A stretch of DNA of 63,960 bases, the filler included, from Xylographa opegraphella (Eukaryota), in assembly GCA_022813865.1 (NCBI GenBank). It is 7 parts of 7 records of this genome, joined end to end, with 100 filler letters (N's around TTAATTAATTAA, not from the genome) between each part and the next. Parts side by side here need not be neighbours in the genome. Positions count along the whole stretch, not along the records: positions 1 to 10,042 come from JALDZX010000177.1; positions 10,143 to 20,027 come from JALDZX010000178.1; 5 more parts are not named here. The stretch is one strand, 5' to 3'. Under the pieces are notes generated by a model. That model had not been told where the DNA came from, searched no databases, and was given only the letters and a program-made list of their open reading frames with translations. A program made the translations under genes and the position numbers. Positions 1 through 12,158 of the stretch are shown here, in pieces (the stretch's first letter is position 1; each line of letters opens with the position of its first letter).

Positions 1-572
1 AATCCGATTACGACCCTATCAAACAAAGCCAAATTGACTGGTTCGTGAACGCTTCCCAAGCGCAACGAAGCGCGCGTGAGAAGGACGGTAATGACAACCG
101 TTTCTATATGTCTTTGGCTTTCCTACACATTCCTCTTCCTGAGTTTGGATACCGCCGTCTTAATATACGTAACGGCCACCGGAGGGAACCGACTGAGAGC
201 CCTAGCATCAATTCCTGTTTCTATGACGCTCTTGTCAAAGAAGGCATATCAGCATTAGGCTGCGGGCACGATCACGTGAATGACTTTTGCGCTCTGCTGC
301 CACAACAAACGCAGCGGGATGGCGACAAAACCCCTCAGCCTGGCCCTTGGCTATGCTATGGAGGTGGCAGTGGGTTCGGAGGATATTGTTCGTTCGGTGG
401 AAAACGTTTTCACCGACGAATGCGGGTTTGGGAACTCGATACGAATACCGGGCGCTTGAAGACTTGGACGCGGGTCGAATATGCCACGGACAGAGTTAAT
501 GAGCTAGTGCTTATGGAAAGTGGAGCGGTGATTGATTCACCTGAAGAAGGAGATGAGGCAGACACTGTATAG
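1..572 (+). CDS. Calcineurin-like metallophosphoesterase, DCR2-like (5'-truncated by window edge)
   Basis: Frame open from position 3: SDYDPIKQSQIDWF...SLAFLHIPLPEF...GCGHDHVNDFC...LCYGGGSGFGGY...RRMRVWE, the Dcr2-type phosphoesterase motifs. Confidence 0.85.
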   Translation, partial: SDYDPIKQSQIDWFVNASQAQRSAREKDGNDNRFYMSLAFLHIPLPEFGYRRLNIRNGHRREPTESPSINSCFYDALVKEGISALGCGHDHVNDFCALLPQQTQRDGDKTPQPGPWLCYGGGSGFGGYCSFGGKRFHRRMRVWELDTNTGRLKTWTRVEYATDRVNELVLMESGAVIDSPEEGDEADTV

Positions 573-798
573 TCAGTTGAAGCTGATATCGCTACAAAAA
601 GTATAGGGAGACTGCCAGGTAGCCATAAGAATCTTCATCATACCCGGGCAATCTAGGAGTTTCATGTATGAGAGAGTGGTTGATTTAAACGACTACAGCT
701 GATTGATCCCAGATCTGAATTACCCGAATAAATTGGCAGAAAGTAAATACGAATATGCAACCATCCATGAGGACTAACTTAGTCGTTAACTTGTTGTA

Positions 799-2571
799 TC
801 AGTTCCTTCCGGCAGGGTGTATAAGCAAGCCTTGTATCCCATCAAGCTGCTCGTCAATTTCATCCTTCCCCATCAACCCTTCTATTTCTCCCCGTAGTGT
901 GTTGGCGTCCTGCCCCCGGCCCCAATCTTGTAGCCAACCCTCCAGAACGTTCTTAAATTCAAGGACCCAAGAATGTTGTATTCCCCACTGATCCACAATC
1001 ATTTGAATCGCCTCTCGTATAGTCTGCTCTGCTACTAGAGCCTTCCCTTGATGGAATTGGCTGTGAGAAATGGTTTTCATACATTCTATCCTCTCGGCAA
1101 ATCTCTTAGCATATATCTCATTTTGTTGAAGCAGCGAAAAGACTTCCACCGCCATCTTCTCCGCTTCGTCATGGCGTCCCTGTCTGTTTAAATTATGCGC
1201 TAGGTTGAGCATCACACGCGGGGTCGAGACTCTAGGGATGCCATCGAATTGAGCAAGATCTCGAAGGAGCCGTTCTTCTTCAAGATATTCTTTAGACCCG
1301 TACACGCGCTTTATGTAATCGAGACGAACAGACACAGCAAGTCGACTGGACGCTCCAAGTTTGCTCTCAAAAGTATCAGTAGTGCATTTCCAAATTTGTG
1401 CCATAGCCTGGTCAAGAGGCTCCGAGTCAAGTTCCCCGAGAAGCCGACAGATTTGACCCCAAGGATTCCCTCGACTGGTGACTTTTTCGGACATGTTTTT
1501 GATGAAGCCACGGAGAATGGGAACAACATCAGGGAGCCCAGTTTGTATGAGGTGGATGAATACTTCGAGAAAGCAGGCTAGGGTTCGAGGATGCTCGGCT
1601 CGAAGGATTTGTTCGACAAGAGCAGAGGCTTTGGAAAGTGCGTGGCGAAACTCGACGTGCAATTCCCTTCCTTTGAACATCGTAGCAGTAAAGCAGTACG
1701 AGTCGAATTCGTTACATAAGTCATTATGTAACTCGGCGCCATTTGGATTGAGGGTCCCATGGTCGTCGAAGATCATGTTTTGACAAGAATCTTCGAAATA
1801 TACCTTGATATTATGGAAAAATTCCTCAGCAACCAACAGAACCTGGGGTGGAGACGGTGAAAGCATCACTCTGGAGCGGTCGGAGCGACCCGTATTGTCA
1901 CTTTCACCGCGCTTGCGCTTTCCAGAGGCTCGTTCAAGTAGGAAGGCATCAGGACCTGTACAAGTCAGTCAAGGTCATCAAGTAACAGAGAGATCCGCAC
2001 TTGTTTTACAGAGGCCAAGGCCGTTTGCCTCCACTTCTAGGGCACGACTTGAGAGCGAATCATAGTATCGCGCCATGTGTTTCACAAGGATTGCACTCTG
2101 AAATGAGTTCAACCTTTTGACTGTGCGTTTTGGTATACTGCATATGAGGAGTAAAGCATATGCAGGGCCAGCCACTCTTGAAATCAGCCACAATAGCTGT
2201 ACGTATATCGCATCACCCTTGCGAGTCTCACGAGTCTGAGAAGAGTCGATGTGGCCACTTCTGAGCGCTTCTAGGAATGTACGTGCTTCCTCCAATGACG
2301 CTCTGTCCTTGTTGCTCAGCGCTCCCATGGTGTTGATTGTCCGGGCTTTTTTCTGGAGTCTTGCATAGCAATCGTTGAGTGTGGTGTCCACTGTTGGTTT
2401 CTGCCGAGCTGCAAGTTCTGCTACCAGAGAATGCAATGCGCCACGGCACTCGATGATAAGTTGCTCTAGCTCGGCATTTTCAACATTCTCAAAGGTGTCT
2501 GTCCATGTGAATTTCAATCTCTTAGGGGTGGAGAATGCGATGTGAGCAGGGCACATGGCGAGGCTAACCAA
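799..2571 (-). CDS. Two-exon hypothetical nuclear protein with C-terminal helical/TPR-like region resembling the C-termini of fungal Clr5-domain proteins
   Basis: ORFs 1978-2571 and 799-1869 join in frame via a GTAAAAC...CTGAC...TACAG intron (about 1956-2009), giving ...GLGLC|PDAFLLERASGKRKRGES...; KRKR NLS-like motif; TPR-like 'MLNLAHNLNRQGRHDEAEKMA'. Start codon uncertain. Confidence 0.6.
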
Positions 2572-3213
2572 TAGTTAGCAAGGCCAGGACAAGCGCGATG
2601 CGGAGCGTAAGGACTCGAAATGACATACGCCAATTTCAAGTCGGGTCCTTTCTAACTCCCTTTCAAAGAATTGAGTTCGTATACACCCTTGACTTCATCT
2701 CACGGCGACCCCCAAAGACGTGGATGTGTTATGTCCAGTGTCAATTCCTGATGTCAGCTGCTGAGTAATCCAGAGGCCCTCTAAGAAAGGACAGTGAGCG
2801 AATAGATTCTCAATACAGTCTTTTCTCGTGCCCTGCTGATAGCTGGCGACGAGAGGTGATTGCCTAATATGTGGGCAGTGTGTGGCTGGTGAGGACTAGT
2901 GGTGGCTACTAGTGGCAAGTGGTGGAGACTAGTGCAATCTGAGCGAGTGGTTGTGTTATTGCGACGACGACTTTGGACCTGCATTATGCAAAACACCTTA
3001 AGACTTTATGCTATCCGGTCTGTCTAGCAATACTCAATTACATGGTGTGCAAGCTCGTATCTACGATGCCCTGTCTTGGAAGTGCATAGCTACGGGGTGT
3101 CGATGCCCGTAGAATAATATGATACATGAGTGGACTTCACGGAGCTCGGCACTATAGGTACCAGTGAATAAACTTTCTCTGCAGGATCTTGATCACTCTG
3201 CCATTGAATAACT

Positions 3214-4059
3214 CTATGACTTATCGGAGAAGCCAGAAGATGGTGTCAGCAGGCCTCCTATCCTTGAGTCGCCGCCTGATTTAATCAAGTTATAAAAGTT
3301 GTCTCGTTCTTCGCGATAAATTTCACAAATCTTAGTCAAGTCGCGAACCTTTCGTTCCAGTTCGGCAATAGTGCGCGCATTCTCAAGTTTCTTCCCCTTT
3401 CGGCGCTGCCGAAATCTTGCTGAAGCGCCTGCGTTGCGCTTTCGTTTCTTGTCGCGCGCCAGGTCCACAAGTATCTGCAAGAGGCCGTCGGGAATCTGAA
3501 AGGAGTAGCTGCTCTGCGCCCGAGAGCCTACGGCGTCATGAGATGACAAGGCTAGTGGTTTGACCAGTGTTGGAAATGACGCCGAATGAGTTGAGGATTG
3601 CTGGGGTGCTGCTGTGCCATATTGAGGGGCAATTGAGAGGTGACTATTATAATTGGAAGAAGATTGCGAGGTATGCCGACTTGCATCCGGTGAGTGTACT
3701 GATTGCAAAGCCTTCATGCTGGACATCCTTGGCTTGGGTGAAGAGGTGGAAAGAGGAGGCAACGGGAAGGGTCCGGGCTCCATTATGTCGACCTCTCCTA
3801 CGATAGACGGATATTGCTGCGGTTTGGCGGTCGCATGAGGACACGATTTTTGGCTGGACCCATGGATCAATATTCCAGTCTGGGCTTGTCTAAGAAGTGA
3901 GTCCGTCCAATCCACCTGTGATGATTCAAAACAGGGACAGATCGCTCCCTCGTCGAGAGGCTCCACCAGGCATATGGTCGATTGAATTGGATTGAGAATA
4001 TTGTAAATATTCGAGGAGGAACACGATCCCACAGCGCTTGAGGGCTTCCAGGACGTCAT
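3214..4059 (-). CDS. bZIP transcription factor-like protein
   Basis: Basic region DKKRKRNAGASARFRQRRK followed by zipper IAELERKVRDLTKICEIYREERDNF; S/P-rich N-terminus. Confidence 0.8.
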   Translation of the reverse strand: MTSWKPSSAVGSCSSSNIYNILNPIQSTICLVEPLDEGAICPCFESSQVDWTDSLLRQAQTGILIHGSSQKSCPHATAKPQQYPSIVGEVDIMEPGPFPLPPLSTSSPKPRMSSMKALQSVHSPDASRHTSQSSSNYNSHLSIAPQYGTAAPQQSSTHSASFPTLVKPLALSSHDAVGSRAQSSYSFQIPDGLLQILVDLARDKKRKRNAGASARFRQRRKGKKLENARTIAELERKVRDLTKICEIYREERDNFYNLIKSGGDSRIGGLLTPSSGFSDKS

Positions 4060-5174
4060 GCCGAAAAGTGGGAGGACCTGGATCGCCGAAGCTTTCTAGG
4101 GATTTGACCAGAAACACCCTGTGGCCATTGCGCTCCTCGCTCAACAGGCACGAATGATGAGAAGATCGTTGACCGTCAAAAGCATTGTTGTGAGAAGAGA
4201 AGAGAGAAGTCAGCCAGGTACAAATACAGGGAGTGCGATGTTGTTGGTATCGTAACGTAGTAGGCGATCACCTACTGAATCCTCTGTCTTATTTCATCGA
4301 CGCCAAACTCCTTTACCGTCCGCGCTGATCGTCGTGGACTCATTTTGAGTGTAATTCACTTTGTCGGAATGATATCATAATCAAGGGGAGATCAGGTTCA
4401 TGCACGTTCATGAGGCCATCACACGTACGGACCAACCAGGATTCCGTCTGCAAAGTATGGTAATGTGGAGCTGTCAACAATACCCGAGAGCGTGCTGAAA
4501 AGGATCTCAACATGTGGTACCGCCAAGACAAGTCGCCAACCGTTCGACAGATGGCAAACCGTTTGACAGACAGAAAACGGCTAAGCGCGGGAAACGCGGC
4601 ATATCACACCTTGCCCCTCTCCAAACAGGATGGGGTGTGGCTACCAAACGAGGTGGAGCTTACACCCCTATCTGGAGATTCGGTTTTTGGGGGACGCTCG
4701 GTCCGGAGGTTTGCATGCCTCTGGATTACGCATTAAGAGTACGTGTAAGTTTTGCTCAAAAATCCATCACAATCTCGCTATCTAGATTCACCCTAGCTGT
4801 ACTCTTCCTATGACAACTTACCCTGCAGGGGGGGCAGTTCTGCGCCGTGAGCCTGGCCACCCGTATTCTCGGGCGACCGGTTTGCTCAGAGTTCCGGGCT
4901 CCGCACTGGGTTGGCCCAATGGCCGGACAAGCCCAACCATTATTTAGATCATTTACCTACGCTAACTACGCGCTCGCCCACATTTTTGGCCCATTTCCCA
5001 AACTACTCTGCTTTTTCTCTCGCTCCCCGATAGACGGCACACGTCCTTTTTCAAACTTCTTAAACAAACACGTATGGTGTTTCACGATCTTCATACACTA
5101 ACCTCTTGGAAATAGGGTCATTCAACCATGGAGGCGTTCAAAGTACGGTTCTACAACATTACGGCTCTGTTTAG

Positions 5175-5714
5175 CTATCCATGGTGTTGCCAGCTACTTG
5201 ATCTCGGAGGTTGAAAGGCATTTAGCAGCACATCATATCTGCCCGAAATTGAGGCTTTTGATGCGTTCTGATAGTTATGACCGATGATATACAAAGACTT
5301 CATTGCTTCCTGCAGGAGCTCAGTCATATCCCTATCAAAGGATAACCTCAGCCCAACTCGGGGGCGCTTTTCATTACACTGTCCTACAGGGTTATATCCA
5401 CTCTTACAAGGCCTTACCTGGTTGACGTCTGTTAGAGCCCTACCAGGCACCCGACGCACAATTTTCTTTTCATTTAATACATTTTGTTTTGCCCGTCGCT
5501 GATCTCAGACACTTTGCCTTGCCTTCCTTTTCCCTCTCCCTGGCGTTAAGGTGTTAGTGAGGATTTCTACAAATACGTCAAAGAATACTGCAGATCGCCA
5601 AAAGCACTTCTCCGGTTTCTTCAGTCGGCGTCCCTCCAGATCCAAGTTCAACCTCGATGAGGAACTATTTACAGAGACTTCTATTCCACAAAGAATAACT
5701 ATTTTATCCAGCAA
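5175..5714 (-). pseudogene. Probable degraded gene of unknown function
   Basis: ORFs 5505-5714 and 5175-5459 are in the same frame, separated by one TGA (…RQSV*DQRRAKQ…); more stops upstream; no family recognised. Confidence 0.3.
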
Positions 5715-5941
5715 TGCTCTACCCTTTTAAAGTGCGATTTTGCGTAGATTACTCGACTGTCCATATGTGGAAGCACATTAAAAAGTTTCTTGAAAGAGCG
5801 GGGAAATAAGTGTAAATACGAAGGGAAATAGGTTCATTGCCAGCTATATTAATATACACGATTGTAGAATAGGCTTTTTGGCAAGAAAACAGGTGTATCC
5901 TCCGACCATAAAGTAAATTCCATAGAAAAAGTAAAGCACGG

Positions 5942-7860
5942 TTACTTAAATTTATATATACCAGCCGGTCTGCCCCGTTTGGGTCTATGCTGTGCTCGGC
6001 GTTGTGTCTCAAACTTCTGTAGCAACTTCCGTGCGTGTCCTAGTTCATTTATAGGTAGCCATGTATCTTCCCACCGTACCTTAAATTCCCTTCCCGACAT
6101 CGTCTCTCTCTTGTCGAGTATCTTTTTTACTCCCCATTCCTGCTCCTCGACTTGTGCCTTATTACCCCGTTCCCGAGCCTGTTCAAGAGTAGGTGGGCTG
6201 GTGACAGAATCGCTAGCAGGGTTGGGGGAAGTGGTTGCACGACGGATTGTGATCTAAGCACCCTCCGTCTCAGGAGAAGTGCCGTCGTCCTGAGTGTCAT
6301 GATTTTGGTTATGGACCGCGAGTATGGGTGACGAGTAGCGGCGACGTTTGACAGAATGCTTCGACGCAGAGTTCCGCTCAACGGCAAACGGACCCCTTTC
6401 CTTGATGAATCCCAAATGTATGATTTTCTCGCCACCATCGCCAATGTATTTCTCTTCATTATCTTTTTTGTCGTCCGCTTCCGCCTCTTGACCGTTGCAT
6501 GGGATCTTCTTGTCCCCATCCGTTAATGGATCAGGAGTGGGACCCTCACGATTCCCGCCGTTAAGCCCGCGAGTTCGCTTGCCGAGCGTCGATGAGGGAA
6601 TATTGCGGTTTAAAGGAGAGGTGTATAGGGTATTATGTTTGTTCTTCTGGTCGAGGGTTGAATATCTACTTCGACGCAATTTATCAGTATTCGGCTCGTC
6701 TAGTATATATTTGTGGCCTTTACCCAGCGTCTGAGCCTTCTACAGACGTTAACGGAGTGCTGAGCGACCCTTGATTCCCATTCTGCTTCTCAAATACGCC
6801 ATCGCTACTGCTATCGATGTTCTGATCCTGAACCACGATCAGGCCACCTGGAACAATTTAAGACGAGTGTTTGATCGCCGAACCAGAAGATGCATTAAAA
6901 ACTTACCTGGACTGCCAGGCTCCTTCCGGGACAAAATTGCACGATTGTCCCAGTCATTCGGTTCTAGGGTAGGAGGAATTTTGAAAGGGGATTTCTGCTT
7001 TCGTGAAGCGATAAACTTATTGGTGCGAGTATTCTGATCCTGGGTCCCAATTGACTTGTCTGGAGTTTTTAGACATGGTCTCAGTGTATAAGTTATCCGC
7101 ACTAACCTGGACGCACGGCCTCTCTTTCCTTATTCTCTCCATCAGGGGTCAAGTTGTAAGTCTGGACGTCAATACTGCCGTCGGCTTCTCGCTGGGCGTC
7201 TTGGTTGTTACGATCTTTTGGACCGTTGTCAGCTATTGGTACCGACTCCTCTGTCGGCTGTCAATATCATTTCCGATGGCGTGTGGAGCTGATATACCCA
7301 CTCTTGTTTGTGCCCTCGCTCGATCCAGGACTGGCAACAATGCTGCCATCGGTTTTGGCGGCATCTTCCGAGATTGCCTTCAGATCCCCCCGTCACTTGT
7401 TTATCATTCGAGCCAGTTTGCTGCCACACTTGCGGTTTTCCTACACCAGACAGGAATTCCTCGATGTTTGGGAGGTCATCGTCTTCCTCGCCACCGCTGC
7501 GACCGTAAGTATGACTGATATCGAGTCCAATCGAGAAGGTATCTGGAAGCATTAATTGCCCATTTATCAAAACTACTCACGGAGAACTGTACCTTCGGCG
7601 TCCTTTTCGGTGCTGTCAAAATCTGATGCTGGCCCCTGAAATGGATTAAGAGGCTCCTCCGGCGATAGGCCATCTATATCTACGATTTCGATCAGGTCGC
7701 AGTCTGGGAGATCCAAGCTCCATTCCTTGTCTAGCCCAAGAACTGGAGGCGTATCGCCCTTTCTACAAGCTATAGGGACACAAAGGCTAGAAACTGCAGG
7801 CCGCCAGTTTTTACACCTGCCTACTGCCTTCGCGGGTCGACAGAAGTGAACGGCATTCAT
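5942..7860 (-). pseudogene. Multi-exon chromodomain + AT-hook protein gene with in-frame TAG and probable frameshift
   Basis: Reading through TAG at 6254-6256 gives ITIRRATTS...EQEWGVKKILDKRETMSGREFKVRWEDTWLPINELGHARKLLQKFE (chromodomain) then PKRGRPA (AT-hook), stop at 5942-5944. Upstream low-complexity exons (DDDLPNIEEFL) are linked by GT..AG introns; apparent 1-nt shift in a G6 run near 7390. Confidence 0.7.
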
Positions 7861-10042
7861 ATCAACAAGGGTCGTACTAGGACCTACAAATGGGTGACCA
7901 GAGGATCCAGATAAAATCGGATCTTTTTGGCTGGGGAGTCTGTAAGACAAATGAGAGGTAAAGTAGAAGGGCGAGAAGGGGATAGTTATACAGGAATCTT
8001 CCAGCGTGCAAACCCCGTCGGTCTCGTCTTCCCCCTTTCACGACCAGCGATCGCCGATCTCCAAAATTTATCCTACACCAAATCCAACGTTCTAGCATAG
8101 TTATTGACCGCCACACCCTTGTGTTCCATCCATGCACGTCCCATACAGGCTGAGTGTTCTATGCGCATCGGCATCCTCTGCGTTGCTCTTCCACTGCGCC
8201 CCTCGGAGACGTCCATATCTTTCCGTACCCTTTCATTCGCTGCCACTCTCCCAGAATCGCTGCTGCAGCCCAGCTCGAAAGGAGCTGCTACAGTATAGGG
8301 AAAAGCTGAAGGTCTCCATGTGCTCAACTTTCCTGCCTCTGCCTTTCCTGGGCCGACTACGGTTTCAACACTGCTTGGCTGACCCTCGACTCCGCGACGA
8401 TATTGGTGTAGAGCTTCAGCTTGTGGCGAGGATTCTACCGCGAAACTGACTGTTGTACCAGAAGGATGGCTGCCGCACGACCAATGAGAAAAACACCTCA
8501 TTCCTTGATCGCGATCGCGCGGGCTTTCGCCGTGTCTGCCTTGCCAGTGTCGACATGGAACCGTACCTGGGCTATGACCAGATGACCCAGCACCGAGGGG
8601 CCGAGCGTAAAGCATCGAGGGTGAAGCATCGGGCGATGAGTTGTAAGTCTGCCAATGAAGTCTTAGTAGAGTTGGCTTCGCCTCGATCGACAGCGGCCTG
8701 TGCGTGTCTGCCTGGCTGCGCCGGCAAAGATGTCGTAAAGGCCTGGGATCCGGTGACGTGGCTTCAAGACACCGCTCTCGTGTTGGAGCAGCCATTGTAG
8801 ACGGCGCGGTACAGCCGATGCGTCGGGATTCTCAGCTCGAAGATCCAGACCGCTTCAACTGCAGTCGGCAGAAGCTCATCTCCGAGGATTTCTATGGCCA
8901 AAGTTCTTTAATCATCCAAGCGGCATTTCCCGAGACTCCACGGAAAGACAAAATCCTGTTGGGGTTCCCATCTCAGCTTCCACCAGCTTACCCTCCGGTG
9001 TGCCTCACCTGCCACTCGTTGGCCGAAACTTCAACTGACGCTCGATGTGAAGACATATGCAATGGCGTCTGCAGAATCTTAGAGGTAAGGACGATATAGA
9101 TCGATCGAGCATCACGATCCCCTGGACTTAGAAGAAAGCATACTTTGGATCGCGCACGCCTCCTCGGGCGTACTTCCGAATCTAGACAGTGCTTAATGCT
9201 GCGGTCGCTGCCACAGTCAGATCGACCTGCCTCTGAGACCTTTGCGAGCCGAGCTCGATCGTTGTAGCCAAACCACTCCAGGCGGAGTCAATGCAAGAAG
9301 GGTCAGCGGACCACCCAACGGCTCAGCAATCTGCCGTACATTGGCGGCGCAGCAAGCTGGAAACCTGCTTCGGAGCGTGAGGCATTTTTCAATTGGCCTT
9401 CGCGAAGAGGACGGCTCCGTCCGAGGATCCACTGCGTTGGGGTCCTCGTAATCGCCTCGCCGATCACCTCAGTGCAAGAAGGTGGCGATGGTAAGGCCAG
9501 ACAGGAAGCCAGGTGATCACAGCAGAACGTAACGATAAAACATCAGGACGCTGAAGGAGAGAAGGACGAGAAGAGACGACGCGGTCGAGAGAGCGTGGGA
9601 GGAGGTATCATTAAGACGAAGTCTAGAGTGATGTGTACAAGCGATAATGAAGAAGCAAAAAGACCAAAAGCACGAGAGATCACGATCGCATCAAGCGACC
9701 GCTCTCGATTAAGGGTCGGCAGCGTCGAAGCTGGAAGCGTGGGCGCAGCTAGGCCAGTCGGGGTTGCCAGGTGCGTAGGGATGGGAAGAGATACAGGACG
9801 ATGAGCGAGGGGAGGGCGGTCTTTATGTGTTGGGGGAAAGCGGCGAGGGGCCAGGGACCAACGCGTTGCCCGATTGGGGGGAACGCCAAACCCGGCCGGG
9901 CAGGCACCTGTAATCAAATAACGATTAAAATTTTAATTATTTTTTATTGTATTTTTAACTACTATCGTATTCGCCACGACCGTTATTTTCTTTTATGTAT
10001 ATAATATTAATAGAAAATATAACGTATATTAATTAGCGAATC

Positions 10043-10142
10043 NNNNNNNNNNNNNNNNNNNNNNNNNNNNNNNNNNNNNNNNNNNNTTAATTAATTAANN
10101 NNNNNNNNNNNNNNNNNNNNNNNNNNNNNNNNNNNNNNNNNN
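10043..10142. other. Assembly linker (N44-TTAATTAATTAA-N44); same linker at 20028-20127, 29985-30084, 39755-39854, 49375-49474, 58758-58857
   Basis: Identical 100-nt construct with stop codons in all six frames, occurring six times. Confidence 0.98.
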
Positions 10143-10264
10143 TGGGGCTGCTCCTATGCCAAGACTTAGGAGCATTGAGGATGCTCCTATGCCAAGCCTT
10201 AGGAGCGTTCCTGTTAGGGTCCTTTCCGTTCCCGAACTACCCGGTGCTGGGTTGAACCTTAACA
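10143..10264. mobile_element. Partial LTR (terminus GAACCTTAACA); related termini at 30085-30146 and 58695-58757 (TGTTAAGGTTC)
   Basis: GC-rich segment at a contig edge ending in ...TAACA against AT-rich DNA; same 11-nt terminus at three contig ends. Confidence 0.6.
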
Positions 10265-10800
10265 ATTCGATAAGAGTTTTTAAATTACGTTAAATATTTA
10301 TAAAATTACAGCGTTAACGAATATTCACGAACAATATTTATTAATTTAAAACTTTATAATTTAATTTATTTTTAATCATTTTTATTTATATTTTAAAAAG
10401 GTATTTAAAACGTATTTAAAACGTATGTCAAATGTGTAAAATATTTATTAAAAATGATAGAAGTAAAATTTTCTACGAAACGTACTGAACGTATTGAATA
10501 TATTAAATACGTAAAATATATACCTCATGAGCGATTCATAAAACTTTAAATTTTAAACAAGAATTCTTTTTTTAATGAACGTTTACTGTTATATTTCTAA
10601 AATATAAATCGACGAATAATTGTATATCAAATTTAACGAATCGTAATATTAAATCATTTTGCAGTTTTAACGTAAAATCAATTAAAATCATTAAGAATTT
10701 ATGTTTTTATACGTTAATCGCGAGTAAAATCCGTTTGTTTTCGAGGTATTTAAAAACAGTATTGTTGCAGAATAATAGGTATAAAAAAGTGACTATTGAT
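10265..10800. repeat. RIP-degraded AT-rich dispersed repeat, homologous to 20930-21250 (part direct, part inverted)
   Basis: Shared blocks such as 'tatattaaatacg..aaa.tatat', 'taaaactttaaatttt...caaga' and inverted 'cagcgttaacgaatattcacgaa'. Confidence 0.65.
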
Positions 10801-11071
10801 GTATAACAAAAGGGGGTAAATATACTGTGGAATTCTGGCAGGTTCTACTGCAGGGGTTTTAGCGTGTCACTAACAATTATTAAGCATGCTACCACAGAGA
10901 ATACTTGCTATTTGATTGGCCATGTTACCGAAAGTTCAATTGATCAACGCGTCAGTGGGCGAAGCGATAGCAAAGAGCTTTCTCCATCGTGAAGCAATAT
11001 TGGCATCTCGAGGGTCTTTGTGAGTCGTTTGTGAGCCGTCTGTGAGCCGGTTGTGAGTCGGTGATCAAGGC

Positions 11072-12158
11072 ATGGCGGTGGACATGATACAGACAATCCA
11101 TCGGGATCCAGCTTTATTGTGGGCTACTTACTTTTCTCTTTGACGAGTTATTAATAACATGATCCAAGCTATTGGATCCTCTTTCCCATCACGATTGTCA
11201 TGGTACGTCTTGGCCCCGAATATACCGACTAGCACGCTGACATTCGCAGGTATTGACTGGCATCCTGCGTCACTATGCCAATACGTTGCTTTCTACCACC
11301 CCAAAGAAGCTGTCACTTCCAACTATACGGGAACAGCGCTCGTTGCTGCGAGGCATAAATCTAAGGACGAATGCATCTCAACTCTCTGGCCCGTCTTTCA
11401 GTGCGAGAAAATATTATCTCGTGCAAGGCTATATGGATGGCATTTTCCTCAAGGACATTGAGAATAGAGGTAAAGCACCAGCAAATCCGATGACAGATCC
11501 GGCAGCTATGGAGGGCATGATGGGCATGATGAAGGGAAACATGATGTTGATGATACCTCAGACGGTCATCATGGGTTGGATCAATGCTTTCTTTGCAGGG
11601 TTCGTGATAAGTATGTAGCTCAGCAATCACAACCAACCCCTTGCACTCAGTTCATTCGCAGAGCTCAGAGATCGTTGTGGCCAAGTTTTGCTGACACAGA
11701 GTAGTGAAACTTCCCTTTCCCCTCACCATCCGCTTCAAGTCTATGCTTCAATCTGGAGTAGCGACACGCGATCTGAACGTTCGATGGGTATCCTCCCTAT
11801 CCTGGTACTTCCTAAATCTCTTCGGCCTGCAATCTGTCTTCATTTTTATTCTTGGCAATGACAATGGTCAGTTCCTTTGCTCTGCTATTCCTCCTGATTT
11901 GGCAAGAATACCTCTGGAATACCCACGACTCCTCCATGCCTTTACTTTGTCTAGTGCCGAAACTAACTATCATTTCTAGCGGTCAACCAGATGGCCCAGC
12001 AAATGTCACAAATGAATCCAGGTGCTGCTGGTGCAAGTCTGTTCCAGCCGGGACAAGACCCAGATAAGTTGTTTCACAGCGAAGCGGAGAATCTGGAGGT
12101 GCTAGAGCATTGGTATATATTAGATGGTGTGCAAGAGAGGCTACTAACTACCATATAA
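11072..12158 (+). CDS. EMC3: ER membrane protein complex subunit 3 (multi-exon)
   Basis: [67 protein letters not shown]...[32 protein letters not shown] introns. Confidence 0.95.

Noticed and set aside
8073..9917. ORFs of 70-240 aa as a DUF3435 captain or other genes
   Set aside because: No recognisable recombinase or other motifs in the frames inspected; overlapping GC-rich ORFs on both strands look spurious.
10087..10098. TTAATTAATTAA palindrome recurring about every 10 kb as a biological motif
   Set aside because: Always embedded in N44 runs; it is a synthetic six-frame-stop linker.
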